From the NCBI GenBank assembly GCA_963777605.1, contig CAVZRV010000007.1:288001-352000 (forward strand): a DNA stretch of 64,000 nt. Direction: 5' to 3'. This document shows, piece after piece, positions 8,855-19,200 of the stretch. The stretch comes from an uncultured Acidobacteriota bacterium. Lineage in GTDB: Bacteria > Acidobacteriota > UBA6911 > RPQK01 > JAPXNP01. How positions within the stretch are numbered: the stretch's first letter is position 1; each line of letters starts with the position of its first letter. Made by a program: the position numbers and the translations under genes. Under the pieces are notes generated by a model. It searched no databases and was not told the DNA's origin. It was given only the letters and a program-made list of their open reading frames with translations.

Positions 8855-10624
8855 TCAGGGATCTCCCGAGATATTCGCGTCGTCATGCATCAATTCCAGC
8901 ACCTCCACTCGCAGGTTGGGACCGGGCCTCTCCACCTCCGACAGAGAGTCGAAAGGAAGGAAGAACCCGTCGATAATGTCCCAGCTTGCGGATTCCGCCC
9001 CTGTAGTCGAGATGAAGTCAGCCTGCCTGAGAACGTGGCCCTGCCATTTGGAGAGTTCCCCGGCCGGCGAGTTACCCAGTTCGAGGGGGTGCCAGGAGGT
9101 CACCCTCACGATCCGACTTCCCGATATATCGCCGGGCTGCGGGAACCGGTAAACCTCCCGGCCCTGGCTTCCGATATCAGGATTGGTTAACTGGTCACGA
9201 TAGAGCCGTGAGATGAAATCCCCGGCGCTCGCGCCATAGCGCCTCGAAACGTACTCCATTCGCCGTGCCAGGGAATCCGGGCTCTCCAGGATCTGGGGCT
9301 CCGATTCAGGCCCGCAGAGGAGCACGATCGGCGTCTCTTGGCTCACGTTGTCCCGGATCCACTGGCCCGCCAGGGCGCGAGTGTCCGTCTTCGAAAGCAG
9401 CCCATCCAGTCGAACCGACCTCGCCACCGAACCCGCGAAGCTGACCGTCAACAATACGGTCAGGACGGTTTTGGTCAGCCTGCGGTCGAGTGCGTTGAAA
9501 AGATCGGCGAATCCTTTCCCTGCCAGAACCGCCAGGAAGGGCAAAATCGGCAGGAGGTAGCGAAACGGGACGGGATGTTGAAACGGCACCAGCGCCAGCA
9601 GGTGCAGCAAAACGAAACCCGCCAGGAAGACCGTCGCTTTCCGGCCCCGGGGCACCGCGAAAGCGAAAACCACACCGGCGCCCGCCAATCCCAGTCCCAG
9701 CAACTCTCCCGGACCGAACTGGAGCGGCCGCAGAATTCGCCCCAGCGAAAGCCCGACACTCCAGGGAGGATCTCCCTCTTGCCACAAGTAGAAGATTTTC
9801 AAGATGGAAAACAGTTCGGAGAGGGCTGCCCGGAAGTTCGGAATGATGTATGGGTTGAGCAGAAAGAAGAGTGCCAGGGGGACGATCGCGATGATCGCCA
9901 AGTGCCTCAGGCGGTCTTGCCAGGAGCGTTCGAGGCCGGATGTAAAGAGGTCGGCCAGGGCGATACGGGGGCCCATCAGCAGGGCCGTGTACTTGCAGGC
10001 GGCCGCCAGTCCGAACAGAGCCGAAGACATCACGAGAGTCCCGGGTTCCCCATTCTCCTGGTACCGCAGGAAGTAAAGCGCGCACAAGGAAAGGAAAAGT
10101 ACCATCGGAGTATCCGTGACCCCAAAATGGGCATCCCGGACCGCGAGCGGGGCACACGCAAAAAGCCCGGCCGCAGCGAGAGCCCCGGTCTCCGAAGTCA
10201 GACGACGGCCGATCTTGAAAACAACCCCTATCGTCGCGGTACCGCAGAGGACCGATATCCAGCGCGGGATCAGGAAGTAGGCATCCTGGAAGCGGGCGAA
10301 ATCGGCCACGAGGCTGCTCGACGCAGGCTCGCGAAACAGAGTAGCAACCCAGTAGTAGAGGTGATACAGGATTGCGGTCACCTCGGATACAAGGGCCGGG
10401 TAAACGTAAAAACGGGGATCCCCCAGCCTTTCGAACAGGTGAAGAGCCGGTTCGACGATCAGGCTCTCATCGGGACGCACGTATAGGTTGGAAAGAATCG
10501 GGGTCCCGAATCCCACTCCCCAGGCTCTGAGTATGAACCCGGCGATCACAAGAATCGCCAACACAATGAGATCGGCCGCACCCCCCCTCCACCCTTTGGG
10601 TTGCGGCGGGACGGGCCCCATCAC
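8855..10624 (-). CDS. ArnT/PMT-like (GT39/GT83) membrane glycosyltransferase
   Basis: RPDE, YPAL, R..SVLCG, AHFGVTD, GLAAACKY, RYLLPILPFL; GGAGG RBS before GTG 10624 (ORF track extends to 10798). Confidence 0.85.
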   Translation of the reverse strand: MMGPVPPQPKGWRGGAADLIVLAILVIAGFILRAWGVGFGTPILSNLYVRPDESLIVEPALHLFERLGDPRFYVYPALVSEVTAILYHLYYWVATLFREPASSSLVADFARFQDAYFLIPRWISVLCGTATIGVVFKIGRRLTSETGALAAAGLFACAPLAVRDAHFGVTDTPMVLFLSLCALYFLRYQENGEPGTLVMSSALFGLAAACKYTALLMGPRIALADLFTSGLERSWQDRLRHLAIIAIVPLALFFLLNPYIIPNFRAALSELFSILKIFYLWQEGDPPWSVGLSLGRILRPLQFGPGELLGLGLAGAGVVFAFAVPRGRKATVFLAGFVLLHLLALVPFQHPVPFRYLLPILPFLAVLAGKGFADLFNALDRRLTKTVLTVLLTVSFAGSVARSVRLDGLLSKTDTRALAGQWIRDNVSQETPIVLLCGPESEPQILESPDSLARRMEYVSRRYGASAGDFISRLYRDQLTNPDIGSQGREVYRFPQPGDISGSRIVRVTSWHPLELGNSPAGELSKWQGHVLRQADFISTTGAESASWDIIDGFFLPFDSLSEVERPGPNLRVEVLELMHDDANISGDP

Positions 10625-10875
10625 AGGGTTACGCCTCCTCGCCGATGCCCGCATCGGCTGCGTCGGCGACGCCTTGATCTGGACCCCGACGCGCTCGCAA
10701 CAGGTGCGTGCGAATTTCTGACTTAGGACACTGGTCCGCTGAAGCATGAATCGCTCGGATTCTAGCCTCTCCCCCTGCGATATGGAAGTCCGGGACACCG
10801 TCCGTTTCCGGCCGTCCGGACTCTACCCGCCGTCAGTGGGCCTGCGGTATGTTCGCCTGGTCCCGCCTGATTGAC

Positions 10876-12309
10876 CTAGCGGAAGCCGGTTAGCCTGAAC
10901 ACAAAAACGTTCCCGCCCGAAGCAGGCCCGGGAGTGATCTCGGGAACGTCGATTTCGATTCCCCGGTTGGTCTCCTTCCAGGGCAAGGGCCCCTCTCTGC
11001 CCACCATCCGAACTTCCGCTCCCCCGGCAGGTTGTGGTTCGGAGAGCACGAGGCGGCTCCCCGGGAGTCCCAGGACCAGGGCAAAAACAACCCCGTTCTT
11101 CTCGGTGTATCGAACCTGTCGCGTCTTCGGATGGGGAGTCTTCCAGCCACCGTCGGTGATGATCTGGACCGCTTCAGGATGGGGAATCTCGGGCCCGTCC
11201 TCGGACACCCGCCACGGACGCGTTCCGTAGATCGCCTCCCCGTTCACCTTGAGCCACCGCCCAATCTCGACCAGGCGCTCCTGCATGATGACCGGGATAC
11301 GACCGTCCCCTGTCGGCCCCACACAGAGAAGCAGGTTCCCTCCCCGCGCGACTGTGTCCACCAGGAGGTGGACCAACTGCGCCGTGGTGCTGTAATCGTC
11401 GATCGATTCATTCCGGTTGTAGCCGTAGGAATGTCCCATCCCCCGGTTCTCTTCCCATTTGTGCGCCGATCCGAGATCGGCCTTGGTGTAACCTCCGTAC
11501 TCGAGAGTGTAGAAGCCGCCGTGCTGCCCCCGGGTGTCCTTCCCCCAACGGTCATTGACAACCACATCGTCCCTAACCGACGAGTCGTTGAACAACCAGG
11601 CCAGCAATTCCGGCGTCTTCCAGGTGGCACTGTCCTGTTCCCACTCTCCGTCGGCCCACAACACCGAGGGGTGGTAGGTTTCGACGAGATTCTTGACCTG
11701 CGGGTGCAGGTGTTCTGCTACGAAGCGGGGCAGATCGAAACGGTAGTCGGGATGGAACCACTCGTAGAGCGAGTAGTAGTAGCCCATCCGAAGTCCCCGC
11801 GCGCGCACCGCTTCGGTGAGGTCGCAGACCAAGTCCCGGTGAGGCCCCACATCGACGCTGTTCCAGTTCCATGCGAACGGGCTTGGCCAGAGACAGAACC
11901 CGTCGTGATACTGGGCCGTCATCACAACGTAGCGGGCGCCGGCACGGGCGAAGAGTTCGGCCCAGTCCGAGGGATTGAAGAGTTCCGCTCTGAAGCGGCT
12001 CGCGAGATCCTGGTATTGAACACCTTCCCCGTACACCTGACGGTGAAACCGGTTCACCGGGCTGTCCGGCCGCAGCAACCACTGCCAGTACCACTCGGCA
12101 TAATCGGTCTTCGGGCTCCAGGACGGGACGGAGTAGACGCCCCAGACCACGAAGATCCCAAATTTGGCATCGTCGTACCACGCCGGCATGGGGCGGCTGT
12201 CGAGGGATGCCCAGTCGGCCCGGTAACGCGTCTGCGCCGGCAAGTGAACCAGCACCAAAGAGAGAACCACTGTCACGGCGACAAGTACGGCGGGTCTGAG
12301 GGTACGCAA
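10876..12309 (-). CDS. alpha-L-fucosidase, GH29, with signal peptide
   Basis: WASLDSRPMPAWYDDAKFGIF..WGVYSVP, EWYW, YHDGFCLWPS, LWADG, NDRWG, GGNLLL.VGP; strong RBS AGGAGGAG before TTG. Confidence 0.92.
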   Translation of the reverse strand: MRTLRPAVLVAVTVVLSLVLVHLPAQTRYRADWASLDSRPMPAWYDDAKFGIFVVWGVYSVPSWSPKTDYAEWYWQWLLRPDSPVNRFHRQVYGEGVQYQDLASRFRAELFNPSDWAELFARAGARYVVMTAQYHDGFCLWPSPFAWNWNSVDVGPHRDLVCDLTEAVRARGLRMGYYYSLYEWFHPDYRFDLPRFVAEHLHPQVKNLVETYHPSVLWADGEWEQDSATWKTPELLAWLFNDSSVRDDVVVNDRWGKDTRGQHGGFYTLEYGGYTKADLGSAHKWEENRGMGHSYGYNRNESIDDYSTTAQLVHLLVDTVARGGNLLLCVGPTGDGRIPVIMQERLVEIGRWLKVNGEAIYGTRPWRVSEDGPEIPHPEAVQIITDGGWKTPHPKTRQVRYTEKNGVVFALVLGLPGSRLVLSEPQPAGGAEVRMVGREGPLPWKETNRGIEIDVPEITPGPASGGNVFVFRLTGFR

Positions 12310-12469
12310 GGGTATCTCCTCCTTCTCACAACCCCCAGGCTCCTGAAGAAAACACCCCGGAGGTACAGAGACGATCTTTTGGTCACCTCATTCTGGCCCG
12401 AACAGGTCCTCAAGAAAAGCCCCGAGCGGTTTCTTCTATACTGGGATGGTTTTGGCAAGAGCGGCAGCT

Positions 12470-14059
12470 ATGAACGACGGGCCACTGGTGGAGGTGAGGA
12501 AGCTTTCCGTCAATCTCGAGGGCCGCGTCTACTTCGAGAACACGGACTGGACTATCAACCGGGGTGAACACTGGGCCGTGGTCGGCCCGACCGCTTCGGG
12601 CAAATCCATCCTGATCAAGGCTCTCTGCCGGGAACTTCCCCTGTACGATGGGACGGTCCGGTACTTTTTCAAACCTTTCGGTGCGCCAAGGTCATTTATT
12701 CACCGCGGAGAGATCATCCGGGTGACACCCGAAGCCGAGGCAGAGCTCAGAGGCGCCAGGCATGGCTATCACCAGGCCCGCTGGCACAGCTTCGAAGGAG
12801 CGAATTCCCCGAGAGTGACGGAGATCCTGACTGGCGAAAATATCGAGAGAGTTTCTTCCTACGACATCACGCCGCTTCGACGTTCCCGCCAGGAGTACGA
12901 GCGGGAGCGCGAACGAGTCGTCGCCTTGCTGGGGCTCGAGGGCCTGATGGAAAGGAAGGCCTTCCAGCTATCTCATGGGGAGGCACGCAAGGTCCTGATT
13001 GCACGTGCGCTGATGCAGTCCGCTGCAATCCTGGTCCTGGATACTCCTTTTGGAGGCCTCGACCAACACTCACGCCTCCAACTGAAAGGCATCCTGGAGC
13101 GATTGCTGGCCGAAGCCACGCCCACGATCCTCATCCTGACCAGCAGTCGAGAGGATCTTCCGGAAGGTATCACTCACCGGGCCGAGGTATCGGGAGGCCG
13201 GATCGTCAAATTGTCCCGGATCAACGACGATGCGTCTTCCCTTGTCGAACACGTTGATTTTGCGGGCCGGACGGAACGCGGCGAATTCGACTCTCCGAAG
13301 GTCTTCAGAGACTTTGCGACGGTGACAACTCCCGGGACTCAGCTTCCCACCGGTGACCCTGGTGATACGACTGTCGTAGAGCTCAGGGGAGTCAATGTAA
13401 GCTACGGTCCGGTCCGGGTGCTTTCGGAAGTGAGCTGGACGGTCCGCCGGGGAGAGAGATGGGCGCTGCTCGGCCCCAATGGAGCCGGCAAGAGCACCCT
13501 GTTGAGCGTGATCCTGGCCGACAATCCCCAAGCCTATGCCAACCAGGTTCGGATCTTCGGGCGACGGCGGGGGAGCGGGGAAACCATTTGGCAGATCAAG
13601 AGGCGAATTGGCTGGGTCTCTCCGGAACTCCAGAGCCACTATCCGCCGACAACACCCTGTCGGGCGGTCGTCGAGTCCGGACTTCACGACAGCATCGGGT
13701 TGTATTCGTCCGGTCGGCCCGAGGATTCGGGCCGAGTTGACGAACTCCTGGGCGCGATCGGGATTGAACAGGTTGCTGGGCGGCCCTTTGGGGCGGTCTC
13801 TACTGGAGAACAGCGTCTTGTACTTCTGGCCCGAGCGCTGCTCAAGGAACCGGAGTTGCTGATCCTCGATGAACCCGTCCAGGGCATGGACGGGCCGCTT
13901 CGAGACCGGCTTAAGGCATTCCTCGAGGCCTACTGTAGGTCGCTCCCGGTTACGCTGATCTATGTGACACATGTCCCGTCGGAAATTCCCGGTGTGGTTG
14001 AGCATACTCTCCGGCTGGAAGAAGGCCGTGTTCTGCCCGGATCGGATGCGGTAGACTGA
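12470..14059 (+). CDS. dual-domain ABC ATPase, ModF-like
   Basis: two Walker A motifs (GPTASGKS, GPNGAGKS), LSHGE/VSTGEQR signatures, GRRRGSGETIWQIKRRIGWVSPE typical of ModF, LILDEP. Confidence 0.85.
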   Translation: MNDGPLVEVRKLSVNLEGRVYFENTDWTINRGEHWAVVGPTASGKSILIKALCRELPLYDGTVRYFFKPFGAPRSFIHRGEIIRVTPEAEAELRGARHGYHQARWHSFEGANSPRVTEILTGENIERVSSYDITPLRRSRQEYERERERVVALLGLEGLMERKAFQLSHGEARKVLIARALMQSAAILVLDTPFGGLDQHSRLQLKGILERLLAEATPTILILTSSREDLPEGITHRAEVSGGRIVKLSRINDDASSLVEHVDFAGRTERGEFDSPKVFRDFATVTTPGTQLPTGDPGDTTVVELRGVNVSYGPVRVLSEVSWTVRRGERWALLGPNGAGKSTLLSVILADNPQAYANQVRIFGRRRGSGETIWQIKRRIGWVSPELQSHYPPTTPCRAVVESGLHDSIGLYSSGRPEDSGRVDELLGAIGIEQVAGRPFGAVSTGEQRLVLLARALLKEPELLILDEPVQGMDGPLRDRLKAFLEAYCRSLPVTLIYVTHVPSEIPGVVEHTLRLEEGRVLPGSDAVD

Positions 14060-14137
14060 TCCCGGTTTTGGTTTGCCTCGGTCGCGTTCGCCAGCCGTAA
14101 TTGGGATCGGGCGATCAACAGGAGCAATGGAGATCCT

Positions 14138-15244
14138 ATGATGATGCGTTCCCGCGGTATGCGCTCGAGCAATTTCCATTTTCCAACAAAGGCCGCTCGC
14201 CTGGCAGTCTCAACCTGGCTGGCCGCCGGCCTGACGACTGGAGGTCTTGCGATCGCCCAGGAACTGCAAAAGACCAAGCTTGAATGCAAGAGCGAGAACT
14301 ATCAAAGGACCGTCTGCTCCGTTGGTGCCCCCATCGAGCAGATCCGCCTGACCAAGAAGAAATCCGATTCCCCCTGCATTGACGGCACCAGTTACGGCTT
14401 TTCCGACCGGGCAGTCTGGGTGGACAAAGGCTGCGCGGCACAGTTCGAGGTCACTTACCGGGCAACGTCACCTGGCCGCCGTCCTCCCGGGGAAGGCATC
14501 CCCTGGTGGGAACGCATCGGATCTTCCGACACGGAGGTCGCAAAGGTTCGCTGCGCGAGTGAAAACTACGGCAGAAATATCTGCTCTGTCGACGGCGAAA
14601 TTCACTCGATCGACATTCAAAAACAACGCTCGCAGGCTCGCTGTGAAGAAGGCGTATCCTTTGGATTCCACAATGACTTCGTCTGGGTTGACAAGGGCTG
14701 CGAGGCGGACTTCGAAGTCCGATTCACTCCACGCGGCGGTTCGGGCGGGTCTTCCGAGACAACCCGGCCGCCTCGCCGGGACACCGAGAAGGTTCGGTTC
14801 AACTGCAAGAGCGAAGACTACCACCTTGGAATCTGTTACGTCGCGGGGCCGATTATCAACCTCAGTTTTCGAAAGACCAAATCGCGTGCGCCCTGCACGA
14901 GCAATGACTCATTCGGATACCGTGACGACTTCGTCTGGGTTGACAAAGGCTGCGAGGGGGAATTCGAGGTCACATTCCGTCCCGACGGCCGATTCGGAAA
15001 TTCCGACTGGGAGTATCACAAGAGCGACCCCAAGAAGAAGAGCCTGACCTGCAAAAGTGACAACTACCGCCGAGAACGCTGCGAGGTCGGAGGCATCATC
15101 TCTACCATACGACTCAAGAAGACGAAGTCCAGGGCTCTCTGCAAGGCAGATTCGACCTACGGATACCGATTCGACGAAATATGGGTCACCGACGGGTGCG
15201 AGGGCGAGTTCGAAGTGATCTACTTCCCACGGCCCAACCCTTGA
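14138..15244 (+). CDS. secreted protein with four Cys-rich DUF3011-like repeats (putative lectin)
   Basis: signal peptide followed by four repeats of CxSxxY..xC...S.xxC...S(Y/F)G(F/Y)....WVxxGCxxxFEV. Confidence 0.8.
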   Translation: MMMRSRGMRSSNFHFPTKAARLAVSTWLAAGLTTGGLAIAQELQKTKLECKSENYQRTVCSVGAPIEQIRLTKKKSDSPCIDGTSYGFSDRAVWVDKGCAAQFEVTYRATSPGRRPPGEGIPWWERIGSSDTEVAKVRCASENYGRNICSVDGEIHSIDIQKQRSQARCEEGVSFGFHNDFVWVDKGCEADFEVRFTPRGGSGGSSETTRPPRRDTEKVRFNCKSEDYHLGICYVAGPIINLSFRKTKSRAPCTSNDSFGYRDDFVWVDKGCEGEFEVTFRPDGRFGNSDWEYHKSDPKKKSLTCKSDNYRRERCEVGGIISTIRLKKTKSRALCKADSTYGYRFDEIWVTDGCEGEFEVIYFPRPNP

Positions 15245-15575
15245 AGTCCTTGCCCGTGCAGAAGCCTGACATGCTTGTCCAACCGGTGACGTCTACTCTC
15301 CGCAATGTCCAGTCTACCTCGAGCCTCTATTCCACTGGCGTCCGGTCAAGAGTCCCATCATTTGAAGTGCCGGACGCGGCAGCTTCCGGTTTTGTTCAAA
15401 CGGAGCCTCTCGGTTCGCACAAATGAACTATTACAAAGACGCACTCGCCAGTTAGCCGGACAGCAGTGCCTCAATCCTGAGGGCCAGTTTCCCCCACTCC
15501 TCACGATCGGCAAACCAGCCTCGAATAACTGTTCTCGGAATCGTGATACCATGGCGTGAATTTTGGATATTACAA

Positions 15576-16271
15576 ATGAATGACAATTCACAAATTTCAA
15601 ACGACGACGACGCCACTGCGGACACTCGCACCCTCCGCCGCCTGTCACGCCGTGAACGGGAATACGAGCGCCACATGGACGAGATAGTCCGCGCCGCCGA
15701 ATCACTGTTTGCCGACAAGGGCTATGCGGCGGCCACCATGGAAGAAATCGCACAGCGAGCGGAGTTCGCGGTCGGAACGCTTTACCGCTTCTTCCCGGGC
15801 AAGAGCGAACTCTACGCCGAGACGATTTCACGGGGGCTCCGTCAGCGAGAAATCGAGGTCCATGAGACGCTCTCCTCGGCCGAATCCCCCAGGGTTCAGA
15901 TCGAGCGCTACCTGCGATGCCGCATGGACCAGTTCTGGAAGAACCCGAACTTCTTCAGGCTCTTTTTCCAGGGTACCGACCGTGCCAACTGCAACATTCC
16001 CACCAACATCGTCTCGGACCTGACTGACCGGTACGAGAAGGTAAAGCAACGGCTCCGTGAGACTTTCGCCGAAGGAATCCGCCAGGGTCAGTTCCAGGAC
16101 TACGACGAGGAGGTCCTGACCGTCGTACTGGAAGGTTTCATCAGGGGCTACGTTACCCAGTTGACGCTCAAGGCCGAGCCTGTTCGAAACGAGGACCGGG
16201 AACGGCAATTGATCCAGCTCTTCCTCCACGGTGCGGCCGGACACCCCAACTCCATTGAAGGAGTCCACTGA
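15576..16271 (+). CDS. TetR/AcrR family transcriptional regulator
   Basis: IVRAAESLFADKGYAAATMEEIAQRAEFAVGTLYRFFPGKSELY HTH; stop overlaps the RND start (TGATG). Confidence 0.93.
   Translation: MNDNSQISNDDDATADTRTLRRLSRREREYERHMDEIVRAAESLFADKGYAAATMEEIAQRAEFAVGTLYRFFPGKSELYAETISRGLRQREIEVHETLSSAESPRVQIERYLRCRMDQFWKNPNFFRLFFQGTDRANCNIPTNIVSDLTDRYEKVKQRLRETFAEGIRQGQFQDYDEEVLTVVLEGFIRGYVTQLTLKAEPVRNEDRERQLIQLFLHGAAGHPNSIEGVH
15577..15590. promoter_or_regulatory. candidate TetR operator palindrome
   Basis: TGAAT-GACA-ATTCA overlapping the TetR start, within an AT-rich patch. Confidence 0.4.
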
Positions 16272-19200
16272 TGTTCCTTTCCGATATTTCGATTCGACGC
16301 CCCGTCTCGACGCTCCTCTTCACCGGTGCAGTCATGTTCTTCGGCTACATCGCCTTCCAGAACATGGGGGTCGACCTGTTTCCCGAAGTGGAGTTCCCGA
16401 CAGTGTCCGTAACCGCCGTGCTGGTCGGGGCTGACCCGGAAATCATGGATGAGGACGTCACTGACGTGCTCGAGGAGCAGATCAACACCATTGAAGGGGT
16501 CAAGAGCATCACCTCGATATCCAACGAGGGGCTCTCCCAGATCATCGTTGAGTTCGACCTGTCCAAAGATGTCGACGTAGGCGCTCAGGAAGTGCGGGAT
16601 AAGGTCAACCTGGCTCAGGTCGATCTCCCCAACGATCTCGAACCCCCGATCGTTCAGAAGATTGACATCGCCTCCCAGCCAATCATGTGGATCGCCGTCA
16701 CTACCAGCGGCGACTACCGGCGGATCGCCCTCTATGCCGACAATGTAATCAAGGAACGCCTGCAAACGGTTCCGGGTGTGGGCGCGGTGGTACTGGGAGG
16801 TTTCCGTGATCGCGCCGTCCGGGTCTGGTTGAACCCGCAGGAGCTCGAGGCCCGCAAATTGACCCCGGTTGATGTGGCCAACGCGATTCGCGCAAAACAC
16901 ATTGAACTTCCAGGAGGGCGCATCGAAGAACCCAAGAAGGAGTTCGTCGTCAAGATTCAGGGCGAGTACAAATCGGTCGATGGCCTGAAAGAGCTGGTCG
17001 TGGCAACACGCGACGGCGCCCTGGTTCGGCTCAAGGATGTGGCATTTGTGGAAGATGGCTCCGAGGACCTTCGCTCGGTGGCCCGGTTCAACGGACTGCC
17101 GGCAATCGGCCTCGGAATCCGGAAACAGTCGGGAACCAACACGGTAGCGGTCGCAGACGGGGTCAAGGCAGCCTTGTCCGAGATCACGAAGAATGTCCCG
17201 GAGGGCATCAACGTTCAGATTGCATCCGACTCCTCCCGCTTCATCAAGAACTCGATGCAGGACGTGATTTTCGACCTCTTCCTGGGTGCAATTCTCACTT
17301 CGATCGTGATGCTCGTGTTCCTGCGCAACTTCCGGATGACGTTTATCAGTATCGTGGCCATCCCCACTTCGATCATCGCCTCCTTCGTGATTATGTACTG
17401 GGCCGATTTCACGATCAACAACATGACCATGCTGGCCATGTCGCTGGCTATCGGGATCGTCATCGACGACGCCATCGTTGTCCTCGAGAACATCTTCCGC
17501 CACGTTGAAGAAGGCCAGGGAGCTCTTGAAGCCTCCCAGATCGGTACGAGCGAGGTTGGCCTGGCCGTCATTGCCGCATCCTCCTCGATCATGGCCGTTT
17601 TCATCCCGGTCGCATTCATGAAGGGAATCATTGGCCGGTTCTTCTTCGAATTTGGATTGTCGGTCGCTCTTTCGGTGCTGATCTCTCTGATCGTGGCCCT
17701 GACTGTCATCCCGATGCTCTGCTCGCGACTGCTCCGTCACGACCCGGACCACGGGCCCATATTCCGGGTATTTGAGCAGGGTTTTCGAAAGATCGAATCG
17801 CTCTATGCCTACTATCTCGACCTCTCCCTGCGCCACCGCTGGATCACTATCGGCCTGGCCGTCGCCGCCTTCATCATTGGACTGAGCCTCTTCCCCTTTC
17901 TCAAGACCGGCTTCGTAACCGAACCGGACGAAAGCCGTTTCGTGGTCCGCTTTGAGTTGCCGACCGGAACATCGGTGGAAGAATCAGCCCGGCGTCTACA
18001 GGACATCGAGAAGACGGTGCTTTCCCAGAGCGAAGTGAGAAGTGCCTTTGCTGCAACGGGGTTCGCCGGCGGCCCGAACACTGGAATTGTATTTGCGAAC
18101 CTCGTTTACCGGTCAGACCGGGATGCCTCACAAAGCGACGTCATGGCCCGACTTAGAACGATCCTGAAGGAGGACGTTCCGGAAGCTCTCATCTCGGTTG
18201 AGAATGTTTCGATCGTCGGAGGGGGGCAGAGGAATGCCGATCTGCAGTTCGTCATACAGGGCCCGGAGGTCGAACAACTGGGCCAGGTCGCCAACTCCAT
18301 GCTTACCGAGATGCGAAAGCTTCCGGGCTTCGTTGACGTGGACGACAACCTCCGCCTGAACAAGCCGGAACTCAAAGTTGAAATCGACCGCAATTTGGCC
18401 GACGACATGGGCGTGGACGTTCGAACGATCACCCAGAATTTCAACATTCTTTTCGGTGGGCAGGATGTGGCCAAGTTCAAGGAAGGGGGCAAGCGGTACG
18501 ACATTCGACTCCGAGCTCTTCCCGATTCGCGATCTCGGCCCAGTGACCTCCTGAAAGTGGCTCTTCGGTCTGCCAGCGGTGAACTCACCTACAGTCCAAA
18601 CCTGGTAAGAGTGATTCAGGGCGTCGGTCCGCAGGCGGTAAACCGATACAACCGCAGCCGGGCAGTCACCCTTTACGCCAACCTGTCCGGGACCTCCCTG
18701 GGTACGGCCCTGGATGAAATGAGGGTTCTGGCCGACAAGTACGTCCCCAAGGACCCGGCCTGGGGTACGGCCCTGACGGGTAGTGCCGACGTATTCGCTG
18801 AATCGTTTCAGTACCTGTTCAGCGCGGTCCTCATCTCTCTGCTGGTCATCTACGTCATCCTCGGATCGCAGTTTGAATCCTTCATTCATCCTTTCACGAT
18901 TCTCATGTCTGTCCCACTGGCCGTCGCCGGCAGCTTTGGCCTGATCCTCCTGTCGGGCGTTCAGCTCGACATCTTCGCGTTTATCGGTTTCGTTATGCTG
19001 ATCGGAATCGTGACCAAAAACGCCATCCTTCTGGTTGATTTTGCCAACCAGTTCCGGGCACGGGGGATCCCCCGCGACGAGGCACTGAGAAAGGCCGGAC
19101 CGCTGCGACTCCGACCGATCCTCATGACGGCCTTCACGACCATCGCCGCGGTCACGCCGGTGGCACTTGCCCTCAGCGAGGGTGGCGAACAGCGAGCCCC

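Noticed and set aside
11032-12567. 511-aa ORF antisense to the fucosidase (likewise 16148-17836, 13070-14179, 44900-46036, 53017-54177, 61413-62648)
   Set aside because: Shadow ORFs expected opposite genes with strong GC3 codon bias; no recognisable motifs, and they fully overlap confident genes.
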